Source: Longimicrobiales bacterium (lineage in GTDB: Bacteria; Gemmatimonadota; Gemmatimonadetes; Longimicrobiales; Gaopeijiaceae). Taken from it: a DNA stretch of 64,000 bases. Below are positions 30,443 to 39,994 of the stretch, one piece after another; the first letter of the stretch is position 1, and each line of letters starts with the position of its first letter. Both the position numbers and the translations under genes were made by a program. The notes under the pieces are model-generated. The model was not told the origin of the DNA. It saw only the letters and a program-made list of their open reading frames with translations, and ran no database searches. Where the stretch lies: contig CBDCNQ010000005.1 in assembly GCA_965219445.1 (NCBI GenBank), positions 160,001 to 224,000 of the forward strand, written 5' to 3'.

Positions 30443-31060
30443 CTAATTGAGGAACGGTTCGATCCTCTGGGCGAAAGAATTCCGGGCACGGTGTAGTCTG
30501 CTCTTCACGGTCCCGAGGTTGACGCCGGTGATTTTGGAGATCTCCTCGTAGCTCTTTCCCTCCAGCTCGCGCAGTTGGAACACCAGCCGATGGTGCTCCG
30601 GCAACTCCTGCACCGTGTCTTCCACGAGCCGTTTGAGAAAACGCTTCCGATAAAGATCGTCGGGCCTCATCCGGAAATCTTCGAACTGGAGCGGGCGGTG
30701 GCTCTCGTCCCAACTGTTCGTCAGCCGCTGGAAAAGAACCAGGGGACTCCGTGACCGATTGCGGAGCTCATTCTTGGAGAGATTACTCGCGATCGTGTAC
30801 ACCCATGTCGAAAATTTCTTCGACGTGTCGAACCGGTGGAGGTGCCGGGTCACTCGGATGAAGGCCTCCTGAACCAGGTCCTGTGCCTGGTCCCCATCAC
30901 CCGTCTTGCGAGTAACGAAATGCACGAGCCGGTCGCGATATCGATCGTACAGATCCTCGAACGCACCGCTTCGGCCTTGGAGATGGGCGACGACGAGCTC
31001 CTCGTCACTCAACCTGTCGAGGGTTTCATCTTTCCAATCCCTCCGAACATCGTCGTCCAT
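30443..31060 (-). CDS. ECF (RpoE/SigW-like) sigma factor
   Basis: SDEELV, AQDLVQEAF, KFSTWVYTIA, SYEEI, GTVKSRLHRAR. Confidence 0.92.
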   Translation of the reverse strand: MDDDVRRDWKDETLDRLSDEELVVAHLQGRSGAFEDLYDRYRDRLVHFVTRKTGDGDQAQDLVQEAFIRVTRHLHRFDTSKKFSTWVYTIASNLSKNELRNRSRSPLVLFQRLTNSWDESHRPLQFEDFRMRPDDLYRKRFLKRLVEDTVQELPEHHRLVFQLRELEGKSYEEISKITGVNLGTVKSRLHRARNSFAQRIEPFLN

Positions 31061-31367
31061 CTGAGGCCTTCCCATATGCATCCCGACGGGCTCGGGCCGA
31101 TGGTAGGGAGGATCGACCTCACCCGACAATGATTCTCGTCTTCGATCAGAATATGATCCGTCCCGATCTTACCTTCAAGGGCGGACCGCTTGGAGGCCCG
31201 GAAGTGGACCCTAAGGGCGAACCGAACTTGGGACGTTGTCGCCCGTTGAGGAGCCCCTAGCCAGAGGGTACAGCTCCTGCGTTGCCGGGTGACCAAAGGC
31301 CTGCGAGATTGACAGGGCCCGCCCCGTCGGGGAGGTAACCATCCCCGCACCAACGAGTACAACTTCG

Positions 31368-32003
31368 ATGGTCGATCACCGTATGGAGGAAACGGAAATA
31401 ACGGAATCCAGCGTTGGTAGGCGCCAGCGGGTGTCGGCCTTGGTTGCCCTCACATTTCTCGAGGTCCTCAAGGCGAGCGATCGGCCTTTTGAGGTTTTCG
31501 AGGAGGAAGACACATCGATCACCCTGCCGCGCAGGTTGGGGCTGAGTGATGTTGTGGAGCGCCGGATACAGAACTATCAGGAGGAGACGAAGAAGGGCCA
31601 CAAGATTTCGGATGAGGAATTCGTCGATCTGGTACGGCTCGTGGTACGGAGGCCCGACGCGAGGGCGGTCTTTCTGGAGTGTGGCGCCAGGCTGGCCGGC
31701 AAGCTGCCGCGCCGACCCAAACTTGTGCCACGTAGGCTGGGATTCGCCCTCGCGAGGCGGCGAGTCGCAAAGAGGCTGCGGGCGCTCTTCGGACGCCGTG
31801 TCGGGGGCTTTGCGGAGGGCGACTTCGTTTTGGAGGGTCGTTCACTCTTGTTTATCCAGAGCGACTCCGACGGTAATGCCTGTTCCCTAGTGTCGGGCCT
31901 CTGCTCCGCGATTCTGGGCGGGTCGCTCGAAGACCCACCAACCATCGTCCACATCGCCTGCGAGGCCCGTGGAGACGCGTACTGTCGGTGGGGGATTCAG
32001 TAG
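31368..32003 (+). CDS. Hypothetical protein with C-terminal V4R-like domain
   Basis: GNACSLVSG...HIACEARGDAYCRW Cys pattern. Confidence 0.65.
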   Translation: MVDHRMEETEITESSVGRRQRVSALVALTFLEVLKASDRPFEVFEEEDTSITLPRRLGLSDVVERRIQNYQEETKKGHKISDEEFVDLVRLVVRRPDARAVFLECGARLAGKLPRRPKLVPRRLGFALARRRVAKRLRALFGRRVGGFAEGDFVLEGRSLLFIQSDSDGNACSLVSGLCSAILGGSLEDPPTIVHIACEARGDAYCRWGIQ

Positions 32004-32037
32004 GGGTGGTGGGCGATTCACGATCATTGAGGGAAGT

Positions 32038-32781
32038 ATGGATGCATTGACGTTTGGAGCTGTGGCGGCGGCGGTCGCTCTCGTGGGCTTCTTCTTGGGA
32101 AGAATGACGGGTCGGACCCCGCGGGGATCGATCGGTGGGGCGCCGGCTCGTTCCTCGGCGTCCGGCGAACCCACCGAGGCCGACGAGGTGTTCCGCCTAG
32201 CACTTTCTCGCATCGGTGCTTACCTGCGCGACAACGTGGACGCTCCACTTGCCGCAGCGTTCCAGGACCGTAGCCTCTCGCTCAGGCGAGCAGCCGAAGA
32301 TGCCGTGGCCGCGATCGATGATCTCCACTTTTTCTTGGAGGATCCGGCCGGTGAGATCAGCGAGGACGATCTCACCCGAATCGTCAAGGACGCGGTCCAG
32401 GCTTACGAATCGGAATGGGACATCTCTGTACTCTTTTCGTCCAAGGGGGCGGTCCCCGTCCGTGTGAACCCTGAAGCGCTTCTCGACGCACTGTACCTGG
32501 TTCTTCATAACGCCGCGGTTTTCGCTGACGGTAAGGGCATCGTGTCGACCGTCTCGAGCGATGGAGAGTGGGGTCGAGTGCTCGTCCAGGACGAGGGTCC
32601 GGGGTTCTCAGCCGAGGCGTTGTCCAAGGCGTATGATCCCTTCTATACGACCTCGGAAGGAGGGTTGGGGCTGGGGCTCTCACACGCCCGGCGGGCCGTG
32701 GAGCTACAAGGTGGACTCATCCATTTGCGGAACCGCCCCGAGGGGGGAGCGGAAGTGGAGATCTCGGTTCCCTTGGCCTAA
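32038..32781 (+). CDS. Membrane-anchored histidine kinase-like ATPase without an evident H-box
   Basis: N (LHNA), G1 (DEGPG), F (PFYTT), G2 (GLGLGL) boxes; one N-terminal TM segment. Confidence 0.8.
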   Translation: MDALTFGAVAAAVALVGFFLGRMTGRTPRGSIGGAPARSSASGEPTEADEVFRLALSRIGAYLRDNVDAPLAAAFQDRSLSLRRAAEDAVAAIDDLHFFLEDPAGEISEDDLTRIVKDAVQAYESEWDISVLFSSKGAVPVRVNPEALLDALYLVLHNAAVFADGKGIVSTVSSDGEWGRVLVQDEGPGFSAEALSKAYDPFYTTSEGGLGLGLSHARRAVELQGGLIHLRNRPEGGAEVEISVPLA

Positions 32782-32786
32782 GACCC

Positions 32787-35012
32787 TCACGGCCGCACGC
32801 GAATCCTCATCCCTGCGGTCAGCCGTCTCGGGTGGCCGGGCGTGAGGAACCGTTCGACCTCCTCGACTGGTCCGCGCACATTGTTGGATAGGATGCCGAA
32901 GGTTCGGTAGTCGTTGTCGAGGAGGTTGGAAGCTCGCAAGTAGAAGAGGACGGTCCCGATATTCCTCTCTACGCTCGCGTCCAAGATCGCGTACCCATGG
33001 AGCTTTCCAGCTCTTGCGTCGTTCCCTTCATCCCCTACCAGAAACTGCCTCCCCACCCAGGCTCCGTTGACTTCGATGGCGCTTTCGTTCGTGTCGTAAC
33101 GCAGACCGACGCTCGCTGTAAGGCTTGGAACCATTGGGAATCGGTCTCCGGGCTCCACCTGGGGCGCGGTGGGACCGTCACCGACATCCGGGTCCCCGGC
33201 CCCGCCGTCCCCGTCGTCGTCATCGAGGAAGGGCGCTGACAGAACGGCCTCTGACTCGAAGGTCGCTCGGGTCCAGCCCATCGCCGCTTGGAGCGTCAGC
33301 GGTGATACACGCGCGAACGGAATGAACGCCAGCGAGGCCTCCAAGCCCAAGCGGCGGGTTCGGTCGAGATTCGTGAAGAATCCGCGCGTGGGCGTATCGA
33401 GGTCGGTGACGTTGAAAATGTCGTCATGGACCTCGGACCAGAACGCTGTGACCTCGGCCTGGGCGCGGGTCTTGACCAACCGAAATCCGGCTTGCCAGGT
33501 ATCCGATGTGACGGGTTTCAACGGGGGATCGGGTCCGAGCTCGAACGGAAGCTGGCACGGGTCCTCGGGGTCGGCGCACATCACTTCGAGAATTACGGGC
33601 GCGCGAAATGCTCGACCATAGCTTGCGAAGGCATTCCAGGCACGGCCGAGACGTATGTTCGGGCCGACCCCACCTGACCACTGCGAGAACGTGTTCCGGC
33701 CACTTCCCGATGGATCGAGGAGGTCCCGCACCGGGAGTCTGACATGATCGAAGCGAAGGGAGCCGTACAGCGAGACAGTTTCAAGAGCCCTCCACCAGAC
33801 CTCGCCAAACGCACCGACGTTGTTTTCGTCGGTCTCGAGGTGCTCTGTGGTGGCCGGGATGACGGAAGGAAATGCCGGGTTGGGGAGTTCGCGGATCTTT
33901 ATTTCCACGTCGTTTCGCGTCCACTCGACGCCCGACGTGGCCAACAAGCCATCGGTGGGCTCGTAGCTCATCTGTGCAGAAGAACCCAACGTGCGGATGT
34001 CCGTAAGGCCCAGCGCATTGGGTTCGGTGATGTTGTCGTTCGCCTGACGGAAGTCGGCCAGGCGCCCGTATGAGCTTGCCTGAAGGGTCCAGTTGTCACT
34101 GATTCGCCGCTCGAGCCGCCCGCTCAGGAAGTGAAGGAGGGGAACGAAGCGATCGCCGGAGCCCCCCGTGTACTGAAGCTCCCGGCGATCGTCAGGAGGG
34201 TTGGTGATGTCGGGAGGGAGCGGGCCGCCATTCAGCCAGGACTTAGGCAGTGGGCCTGGACCCTCCAGTCGGTGGGAGGCGAACGAATAAGAGAGCCACC
34301 CGTCTGTCCTTTCTCCGCGCCCGCCGATTTTGGCGAAGATGCTGCGCTCCACCCTGCTGCTCAACTGTCTCCAGCCGTCGGACTCGTCGTACGAAGCTGT
34401 CACGAGTCCGTCGAAGCTACCGACGGATTCCGACGCTCTGGCGGTTCCTCTCAAGGTGCCGAAGGAACCGCCTTCCAGCTCGATGTCGATCGATCCCTCC
34501 CCTCCTCGTAGTGTGACGATGTTGAGTGCTCCGGCCAGAGAGTTTCGTCCGAACGCGCCCACCGAACCGCGGATCAGCTCGACCCGCTCGACGGCGCCCC
34601 CAGGGATCAACGAGAGGTGCACTTGTGACGCGTCCGCTTCATTTACCCGCACCCCGTCGACGAACACGCTTACGCCTTGAGGGACGCCGACGATCGGCGA
34701 GAGCGCGAAACCGCGTAGGCGAATATCGGGTTGGGAAGGGCTACCCGTTTGGTTCGTAAGGTTGAGCCCGGCGGATCCCGAGAGCGCGTTGGCGACCGAG
34801 GAACCCGTCGCCCCGTGTACGTTGGATCCCGTGACGATCTGAACCGGGAACGGCACATCGGCGACGGGCACGGACCCAGTCCTCAGACGAACCACCTCGA
34901 CCCTCAACTCCGGCAACGCCAGGACCGAGTCGGCGCGTACGGAAGCCGAAGGGTCCTGCGCCGTGAGGGGGCTTGAGACACCCACGGCCAGGCAGATCGC
35001 TCTCGCCGTCAC
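32787..35012 (-). CDS. TonB-dependent receptor
   Basis: Plug motifs LRGF, VFVDGVRVN, VERVELIRG..FG..SLAGALN; C-terminal beta-strand; GTG start overlaps the upstream TGA. Confidence 0.9.
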   Translation of the reverse strand: MTARAICLAVGVSSPLTAQDPSASVRADSVLALPELRVEVVRLRTGSVPVADVPFPVQIVTGSNVHGATGSSVANALSGSAGLNLTNQTGSPSQPDIRLRGFALSPIVGVPQGVSVFVDGVRVNEADASQVHLSLIPGGAVERVELIRGSVGAFGRNSLAGALNIVTLRGGEGSIDIELEGGSFGTLRGTARASESVGSFDGLVTASYDESDGWRQLSSRVERSIFAKIGGRGERTDGWLSYSFASHRLEGPGPLPKSWLNGGPLPPDITNPPDDRRELQYTGGSGDRFVPLLHFLSGRLERRISDNWTLQASSYGRLADFRQANDNITEPNALGLTDIRTLGSSAQMSYEPTDGLLATSGVEWTRNDVEIKIRELPNPAFPSVIPATTEHLETDENNVGAFGEVWWRALETVSLYGSLRFDHVRLPVRDLLDPSGSGRNTFSQWSGGVGPNIRLGRAWNAFASYGRAFRAPVILEVMCADPEDPCQLPFELGPDPPLKPVTSDTWQAGFRLVKTRAQAEVTAFWSEVHDDIFNVTDLDTPTRGFFTNLDRTRRLGLEASLAFIPFARVSPLTLQAAMGWTRATFESEAVLSAPFLDDDDGDGGAGDPDVGDGPTAPQVEPGDRFPMVPSLTASVGLRYDTNESAIEVNGAWVGRQFLVGDEGNDARAGKLHGYAILDASVERNIGTVLFYLRASNLLDNDYRTFGILSNNVRGPVEEVERFLTPGHPRRLTAGMRIRVRP

Positions 35013-35959
35013 TCCGACACCGTCATTCCGAGCTCGAAGGGCTCGCTCTGGACGCCCGAGGCGCCCGAGGGGTTGGCGGGTGCCCAGGTCATCACCGCCA
35101 CGCCGACCGTAAGAGTGAGGAGAGTCGCGGCAAGGAGCGTGTGAAAGGACACGGGTACGACGGCCAGCCGTGTATACACAGAGAAGAAGCCAAGAAGCAC
35201 CTGTAGCGTCACGAGCCCGCTTGCCGAGACCGCCAAGGTCCGTGCGGCGGAAGGACCTAGAGTCCGCACGGCCCGGACCGTGAGGGCCAGCAACGTGATC
35301 AAGAGGAGTAACCCGGTGACGCGATGGCCGAAGTGCGCGGCGACGGTCGCGGCCTGCAGAGGCGGAATCCACTGCCCGAGGCAAAGAGGAACGTCGGGGC
35401 ACACCAGCCCCGCATCCATGTGGCGGACGGCGGCTCCGAGGACCGACTGGAAAAACGTGAGGACCGCACCGGACACGGCCAGGGTCCTCAGGCCCACGAG
35501 GTGGTTGCCCGCGCCACTCCCCCCAATCCAGCCTGGCGAGGTGACCACAGTCAGGCCCGTCACCAATGCGAGAAAGAGGAAAGCCAACGCGAGATGCGTG
35601 GTCGAAACCGCATCCGGAAGCCCCATAAGCACCGTGAGTCCGCCGAAGAGGCTTTGGATAAGCAAGAGTCCGATTCCGGCTAGCGTCCACCTACGAATCA
35701 CTGGGCGACGGGCCTCTGGTCTCCAGGCCATATACGTCGCGGCGATGAAGATCAGAACGAGGCCCCCGGCCACGAGGCGGTGCAGATGTTCCCAGAAAAC
35801 GCCGCCGGTCATTTCGGGTAACATCGTCCCGTAACAGGTGGGCCAATCCGGGCAAGCGAGGCTCGACCCGGTAGCGTGAACGACGCTGCCGAGGAACAAC
35901 AACCCGAGCGTCCACACCGTAGTGATGTAAAATGCTCTATAATGTTGTGCTGTGTTCAT
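35009..35959 (-). CDS. ctaA: Heme A synthase (COX15/CtaA)
   Basis: GSSLACPDWPTC, FWEHLHR, HLALA, CPDVPLC, HFGHR. Confidence 0.88.
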   Translation of the reverse strand: MNTAQHYRAFYITTVWTLGLLFLGSVVHATGSSLACPDWPTCYGTMLPEMTGGVFWEHLHRLVAGGLVLIFIAATYMAWRPEARRPVIRRWTLAGIGLLLIQSLFGGLTVLMGLPDAVSTTHLALAFLFLALVTGLTVVTSPGWIGGSGAGNHLVGLRTLAVSGAVLTFFQSVLGAAVRHMDAGLVCPDVPLCLGQWIPPLQAATVAAHFGHRVTGLLLLITLLALTVRAVRTLGPSAARTLAVSASGLVTLQVLLGFFSVYTRLAVVPVSFHTLLAATLLTLTVGVAVMTWAPANPSGASGVQSEPFELGMTVSE

Positions 35960-36053
35960 TCCGGATTCTCGCTTAGGTGTCGGCTTGGAATCAACCCTCT
36001 CGACGATAGGTCACCCATCCATCCATGGCTCGATTAACTAAAAGGGCGCTCGA

Positions 36054-37829
36054 GTGTCGCACCCCGAGCGTCTGACCCCCAAGGGGACCCTCGAGTTTCT
36101 CCGGCGGTTGGGTCCCCGGGTAGGTCCGTACCGGGCACCGCTTGTGCTGGCCGGTGTCCTGATGTTCTGCAGTGTGAGCATTGGTCTGGCGTTCCCACTG
36201 ATCGTCCGGGAACTCCTCGACGCCGCGTTCGAGGCTCAAGATTCAGCGCTCCTCAACCGTGTCGCCATCGGGTTGCTCTCAATGTTCGCCGCATTGGCGG
36301 TGATCAATTTCTTTCAAAGCTATCTGACCGCTTCGGTATCGGAGAAGGTCGTGGCTGATCTCCGCAGCGACCTCTTCGGCAGTCTCGTCTATCAGCCGCC
36401 CGGATTTTTCGCGAGCCGAAGAGTCGGCGAGCTCTCTTCTCGGCTCGCTTCGGACTCGGGCTTGATCCAAGGCGTTCTTCGCTTCGGTGTTCCGGAGATT
36501 ATCAGGCAGGTGGTGTTCCTGATCGGGGCCCTGGTGTTGGTGACGATCACGCATCCGCGACTCACGCTGGTTACACTGACCGCGATTCCATTCGCAGCCC
36601 TGGTGGGTTGGTTCTTCGGGCTCAGGGTGAGGCGTCTGAGCACGCGTATTCAGGATCGCCTGGCCGATGCGGTTGCGAGGGCCGAACAGGTGTTCACTCA
36701 GATTCGCACGGTCCAGAGCTTTACCCGTGAGCCCTTCGAGACCGAGGCGTACGTGGGAGCGGTCAACCGGGCACGTGACGAAGGACTCCGGAGAGCGATG
36801 GCACGGGCCAGCCTCACCGGGGCGGTCACGTTCGCGGCGTTTGGCGCCGTGGTCGTGGTGCTGTGGGAAGGTGGGCGCCTGGTCTTGGCGGGGGCATTGA
36901 GCCCGGGGACCCTCGTGGCCTTCCTCCTCTACGCCGTCACGATCTCGGGCGCGATCACGTCCCTTGCGGGATTCTGGGGCAACCTCCAAGAGGCCGCAGG
37001 TGCGGCGCGACGCATCTTCGAGATCTTGGACCAACCCGTGGCAATCGAGTCGCCCACCAACCCCAGGCCGTTGCCGACGCCCGGGCGCGGCGTGGTCCGC
37101 TACGAGGGTGTCACGTTCCGCTACGAGCCTGACCTCCCTAGGGTCTTGGACGGAATCGATCTCCTTCTTGATGAGGGGGCGACGGTGGCTCTCGTGGGGA
37201 GCTCGGGCTCAGGCAAGAGCACGCTTGCCTCGCTGATTCCGCGCTTCTTCGATGTCGAGGAGGGCTCGGTTACGTTCGACGGAGTCGATGTCCGAGACCT
37301 GGCTCTCGATGATCTGCGGAGCCAGGTCGGGATCGTTCCACAGGAGCCCATGCTTTTCGGGGGGACGGTTCGTGAGAACCTCGTGTATGGAAATCTCGAT
37401 GCGGGCCAGGCGGAGATCGAGGAGGCTGCGCGGGCCGCTCACGCGGCCGAGTTCATCGAGACTTTCCCCGACGGTTATGATCAGGTCGTTGGCGAGCGGG
37501 GTGTGACGCTCAGTGCCGGACAGAGGCAGCGGATCGCCATCGCCCGTGTGATGCTCGAGCGACCAAGGCTCCTGATCCTCGACGAGGCCTCGAGCAGCCT
37601 CGACTCGGAAAGCGAGGCATTGGTCCAGGATGCGCTGGAGCACCTGATGCGGGGGCGGACCACTCTGGTTATCGCTCACCGCCTCTCGACCGTGATCCGG
37701 TCAGATCGGATTCTGGTTCTCGATCAAGGCAGGATCGTCGATGAGGGATCGCACCCGGAGTTACTCGATCGGAGCGAAGTGTACGATCGGCTCTACCGCC
37801 CTCAGACGCACGAGCCGGCCTTCCCGTGA
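36054..37829 (+). CDS. ABC exporter, fused TMD-NBD (MsbA-like)
   Basis: GELSSRL, GSSGSGKST, LSAGQRQRIAIAR, ILDEA, IAHRLST. Confidence 0.93.
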   Translation: MSHPERLTPKGTLEFLRRLGPRVGPYRAPLVLAGVLMFCSVSIGLAFPLIVRELLDAAFEAQDSALLNRVAIGLLSMFAALAVINFFQSYLTASVSEKVVADLRSDLFGSLVYQPPGFFASRRVGELSSRLASDSGLIQGVLRFGVPEIIRQVVFLIGALVLVTITHPRLTLVTLTAIPFAALVGWFFGLRVRRLSTRIQDRLADAVARAEQVFTQIRTVQSFTREPFETEAYVGAVNRARDEGLRRAMARASLTGAVTFAAFGAVVVVLWEGGRLVLAGALSPGTLVAFLLYAVTISGAITSLAGFWGNLQEAAGAARRIFEILDQPVAIESPTNPRPLPTPGRGVVRYEGVTFRYEPDLPRVLDGIDLLLDEGATVALVGSSGSGKSTLASLIPRFFDVEEGSVTFDGVDVRDLALDDLRSQVGIVPQEPMLFGGTVRENLVYGNLDAGQAEIEEAARAAHAAEFIETFPDGYDQVVGERGVTLSAGQRQRIAIARVMLERPRLLILDEASSSLDSESEALVQDALEHLMRGRTTLVIAHRLSTVIRSDRILVLDQGRIVDEGSHPELLDRSEVYDRLYRPQTHEPAFP

Positions 37830-37875
37830 GGTCACGGTCCTGATGCCAGGTCAGGCTTCGTAAGCGTGTCCCGCC

Positions 37876-39852
37876 TTACGCGTGTCCCGCCGGTTCGCGA
37901 ATGGGGGCCGACGTAGGCTCTGCCCGCGACTCGGCGGAATCCGCACCCCCTTGGGAACTCTCGCTCGCGGCTCCACTATCCGGCGGCGGCATCCAGTCGG
38001 TGGTGACCAGCCCCTCCTCCAGCCACTCGAACGTTCCCTTCATCGCGTTCTGTGCGACGCGGTACGTCGCGGCGTCGTCGTTGGCGAAGAGGTGGTCGAA
38101 ACGCTCTCGGATACGCGTTCGAGCTTGGCGGCAGAATAGGTCCGCGAGTTCGTACGGAGACCGGTCGCTCGGGTTCTTGTCGACCAGGGCCTTCGCGTGC
38201 ACGATCGTGGCCACCATGACGAAGAGTTCGGCTCCGACCTCGACAATCCGGCCGAGGACCGCCTGTTTGCGCTCTAGGCCAGGGCCGAAGCGGATCATCG
38301 CGTAAAAGATGGAGCGCGCGAGGCGTCCTGCCGCCCGACTCGCGTAGCGCAGGTGCTTGGCCAGGGGTCCGAACTCCCGATAGCGAGGCCACCGACCCCA
38401 TGTGAGCCAGCGGCTCGGATACCACACGGCGTAGTGGAGTCCCGCGCGGAGTAGAGCCGCGACGCGCCTGCCGATGGGGGCCTTGGGATCGATCAGGTCT
38501 CCGGCGACGCTCAGGTGACTGTCGACGGCCTCCCGGGCGATGAACAGCCGCATGATCTCACTGGACCCTTCGAAAATGAGGTTGATACGCGAGTCCCGGA
38601 AGCCCCGCTCCAGTGGATACGGATGCTCACCGCGCTCCCGCAATGAGTCGGCTCTTTCGTAGCCCCTGCCTCCCCGGATCTGAATCGCGTCGTCGAACAC
38701 TTTGAAGCTGACTTCGCTGTTCCACATCTTCGCGATAGCCGCCTCCAGACGAATGTCGAAGGTCTTGGCGTCGGCCATCAGGGCGGTGAGTTCGACCACG
38801 GAGTCGAGCGCGAAGGTATTGGCCGCCATCTTGCCCAGCATCTGTGCAACCGCTCCGTGCTTGCCGACCGGCGCTCCCCACTGGAAGCGCTCGCTGGCCC
38901 ACTGGCGGCTCACGAGGAGGGCGGCTTTGGCTCCGCCGGCACAGAACGCGGGAATCGACAGGCGGCCCGTGTTCAGCGTGATCAGGGCGAGCTTCAGGCC
39001 CTTGCCCTCACCCCAGAGCAGGTTCTCCTTCGGGATTTTCACGTTGTTGAACGTCAACACGCCGTTGGACAGGCCGTTGAGCCCCATGAACGAACAGGTC
39101 TGTATGACCTCGACACCCTCCCACGCCGTTTCGACGATGAAGGCCGTGATTGGACGGCGGCCCCTTACGCCCTCCCTCACCGGTGTGCGAACCATGACCA
39201 CGATGATATCCGCCCGTGGTCCGTTGGTGCACCAGAGCTTCGTCCCGTTCAGAATCCAGTGCTCGCCGTCGTCGGACAGCTCGGCGTGCGTTGAGAGATT
39301 GGCTGGATCAGAGCCGACATCCTGCTCGGTCAAGGCGAACGCGGACAGCTCTCCTCCGGCCAAACGCGGCAAGTATTTGCGCTTCTGTTCTTCCGTGCCG
39401 AAATACAAGAGCGGCTGGGGGACCCCAATCGACTGATGAGCCGAGAGAAACGCCCCTGTTGACGCGCATCGGCTACCCACGATGGCTAGAGCCTTGTTGT
39501 ACTGATACTGTGAGAGCCCGAGTCCGCCATATTCGATCGGGATCTTGATCCCGAATGCGCCGATCTCCGCCAAGCCCTCGAGCACTTCCTGTGGCACCCA
39601 CCGGTCCCGATCAATGGCGTCGCCGTCGATGTGGGTGCGGGTGAACTCCTCCAACTTCTCGAGGAACGGTTGGGCGCGGGCTTCCACCTCCGGATCCGGC
39701 TCGGGCAGCGGATGGACGAGGGAAAGGTCCAGGTTTCCGTTGTAGAGTCCCCGAGCGAAGCTCCTATTCTTCCACTCGGCTTCGCGAGCGGACTCTGCTA
39801 CTTGGCGGGCTTCCTGCTCGGTGGCGAGGCTCTCTTCGGATTTATGAGACAT
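37876..39852 (-). CDS. Acyl-CoA dehydrogenase (long type)
   Basis: AFALTE..VGSDP, LNGTKLWCTNG, LNTGRL, QIRGGRGYE, RINLIFEGSSEI. Confidence 0.93.
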   Translation of the reverse strand: MSHKSEESLATEQEARQVAESAREAEWKNRSFARGLYNGNLDLSLVHPLPEPDPEVEARAQPFLEKLEEFTRTHIDGDAIDRDRWVPQEVLEGLAEIGAFGIKIPIEYGGLGLSQYQYNKALAIVGSRCASTGAFLSAHQSIGVPQPLLYFGTEEQKRKYLPRLAGGELSAFALTEQDVGSDPANLSTHAELSDDGEHWILNGTKLWCTNGPRADIIVVMVRTPVREGVRGRRPITAFIVETAWEGVEVIQTCSFMGLNGLSNGVLTFNNVKIPKENLLWGEGKGLKLALITLNTGRLSIPAFCAGGAKAALLVSRQWASERFQWGAPVGKHGAVAQMLGKMAANTFALDSVVELTALMADAKTFDIRLEAAIAKMWNSEVSFKVFDDAIQIRGGRGYERADSLRERGEHPYPLERGFRDSRINLIFEGSSEIMRLFIAREAVDSHLSVAGDLIDPKAPIGRRVAALLRAGLHYAVWYPSRWLTWGRWPRYREFGPLAKHLRYASRAAGRLARSIFYAMIRFGPGLERKQAVLGRIVEVGAELFVMVATIVHAKALVDKNPSDRSPYELADLFCRQARTRIRERFDHLFANDDAATYRVAQNAMKGTFEWLEEGLVTTDWMPPPDSGAASESSQGGADSAESRAEPTSAPIREPAGHA

Positions 39853-39994
39853 CGTGGAACCCCCCGTTTTCGGGCCGGGCGGGAGTCGACTTGCGATCTC
39901 GCTATACTCTAAATCTAACCCCGAAGGACGCGGTGCGGTTCTCCTTATTGAGTCAGACCGTCGGATCTGGCCCATCTCCTGCCGCGTGAGTTAT

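Noticed and set aside
31130..31367. Possible 6S or other ncRNA in the divergent intergenic region
   Set aside because: No convincing long pairing or conserved motif by eye; needs an Rfam scan
35013..35690. Long N-terminal extensions in the ORF track (also 44676..44858, 24743..25039, 7134..7343)
   Set aside because: They overlap well-supported genes; downstream starts fit better
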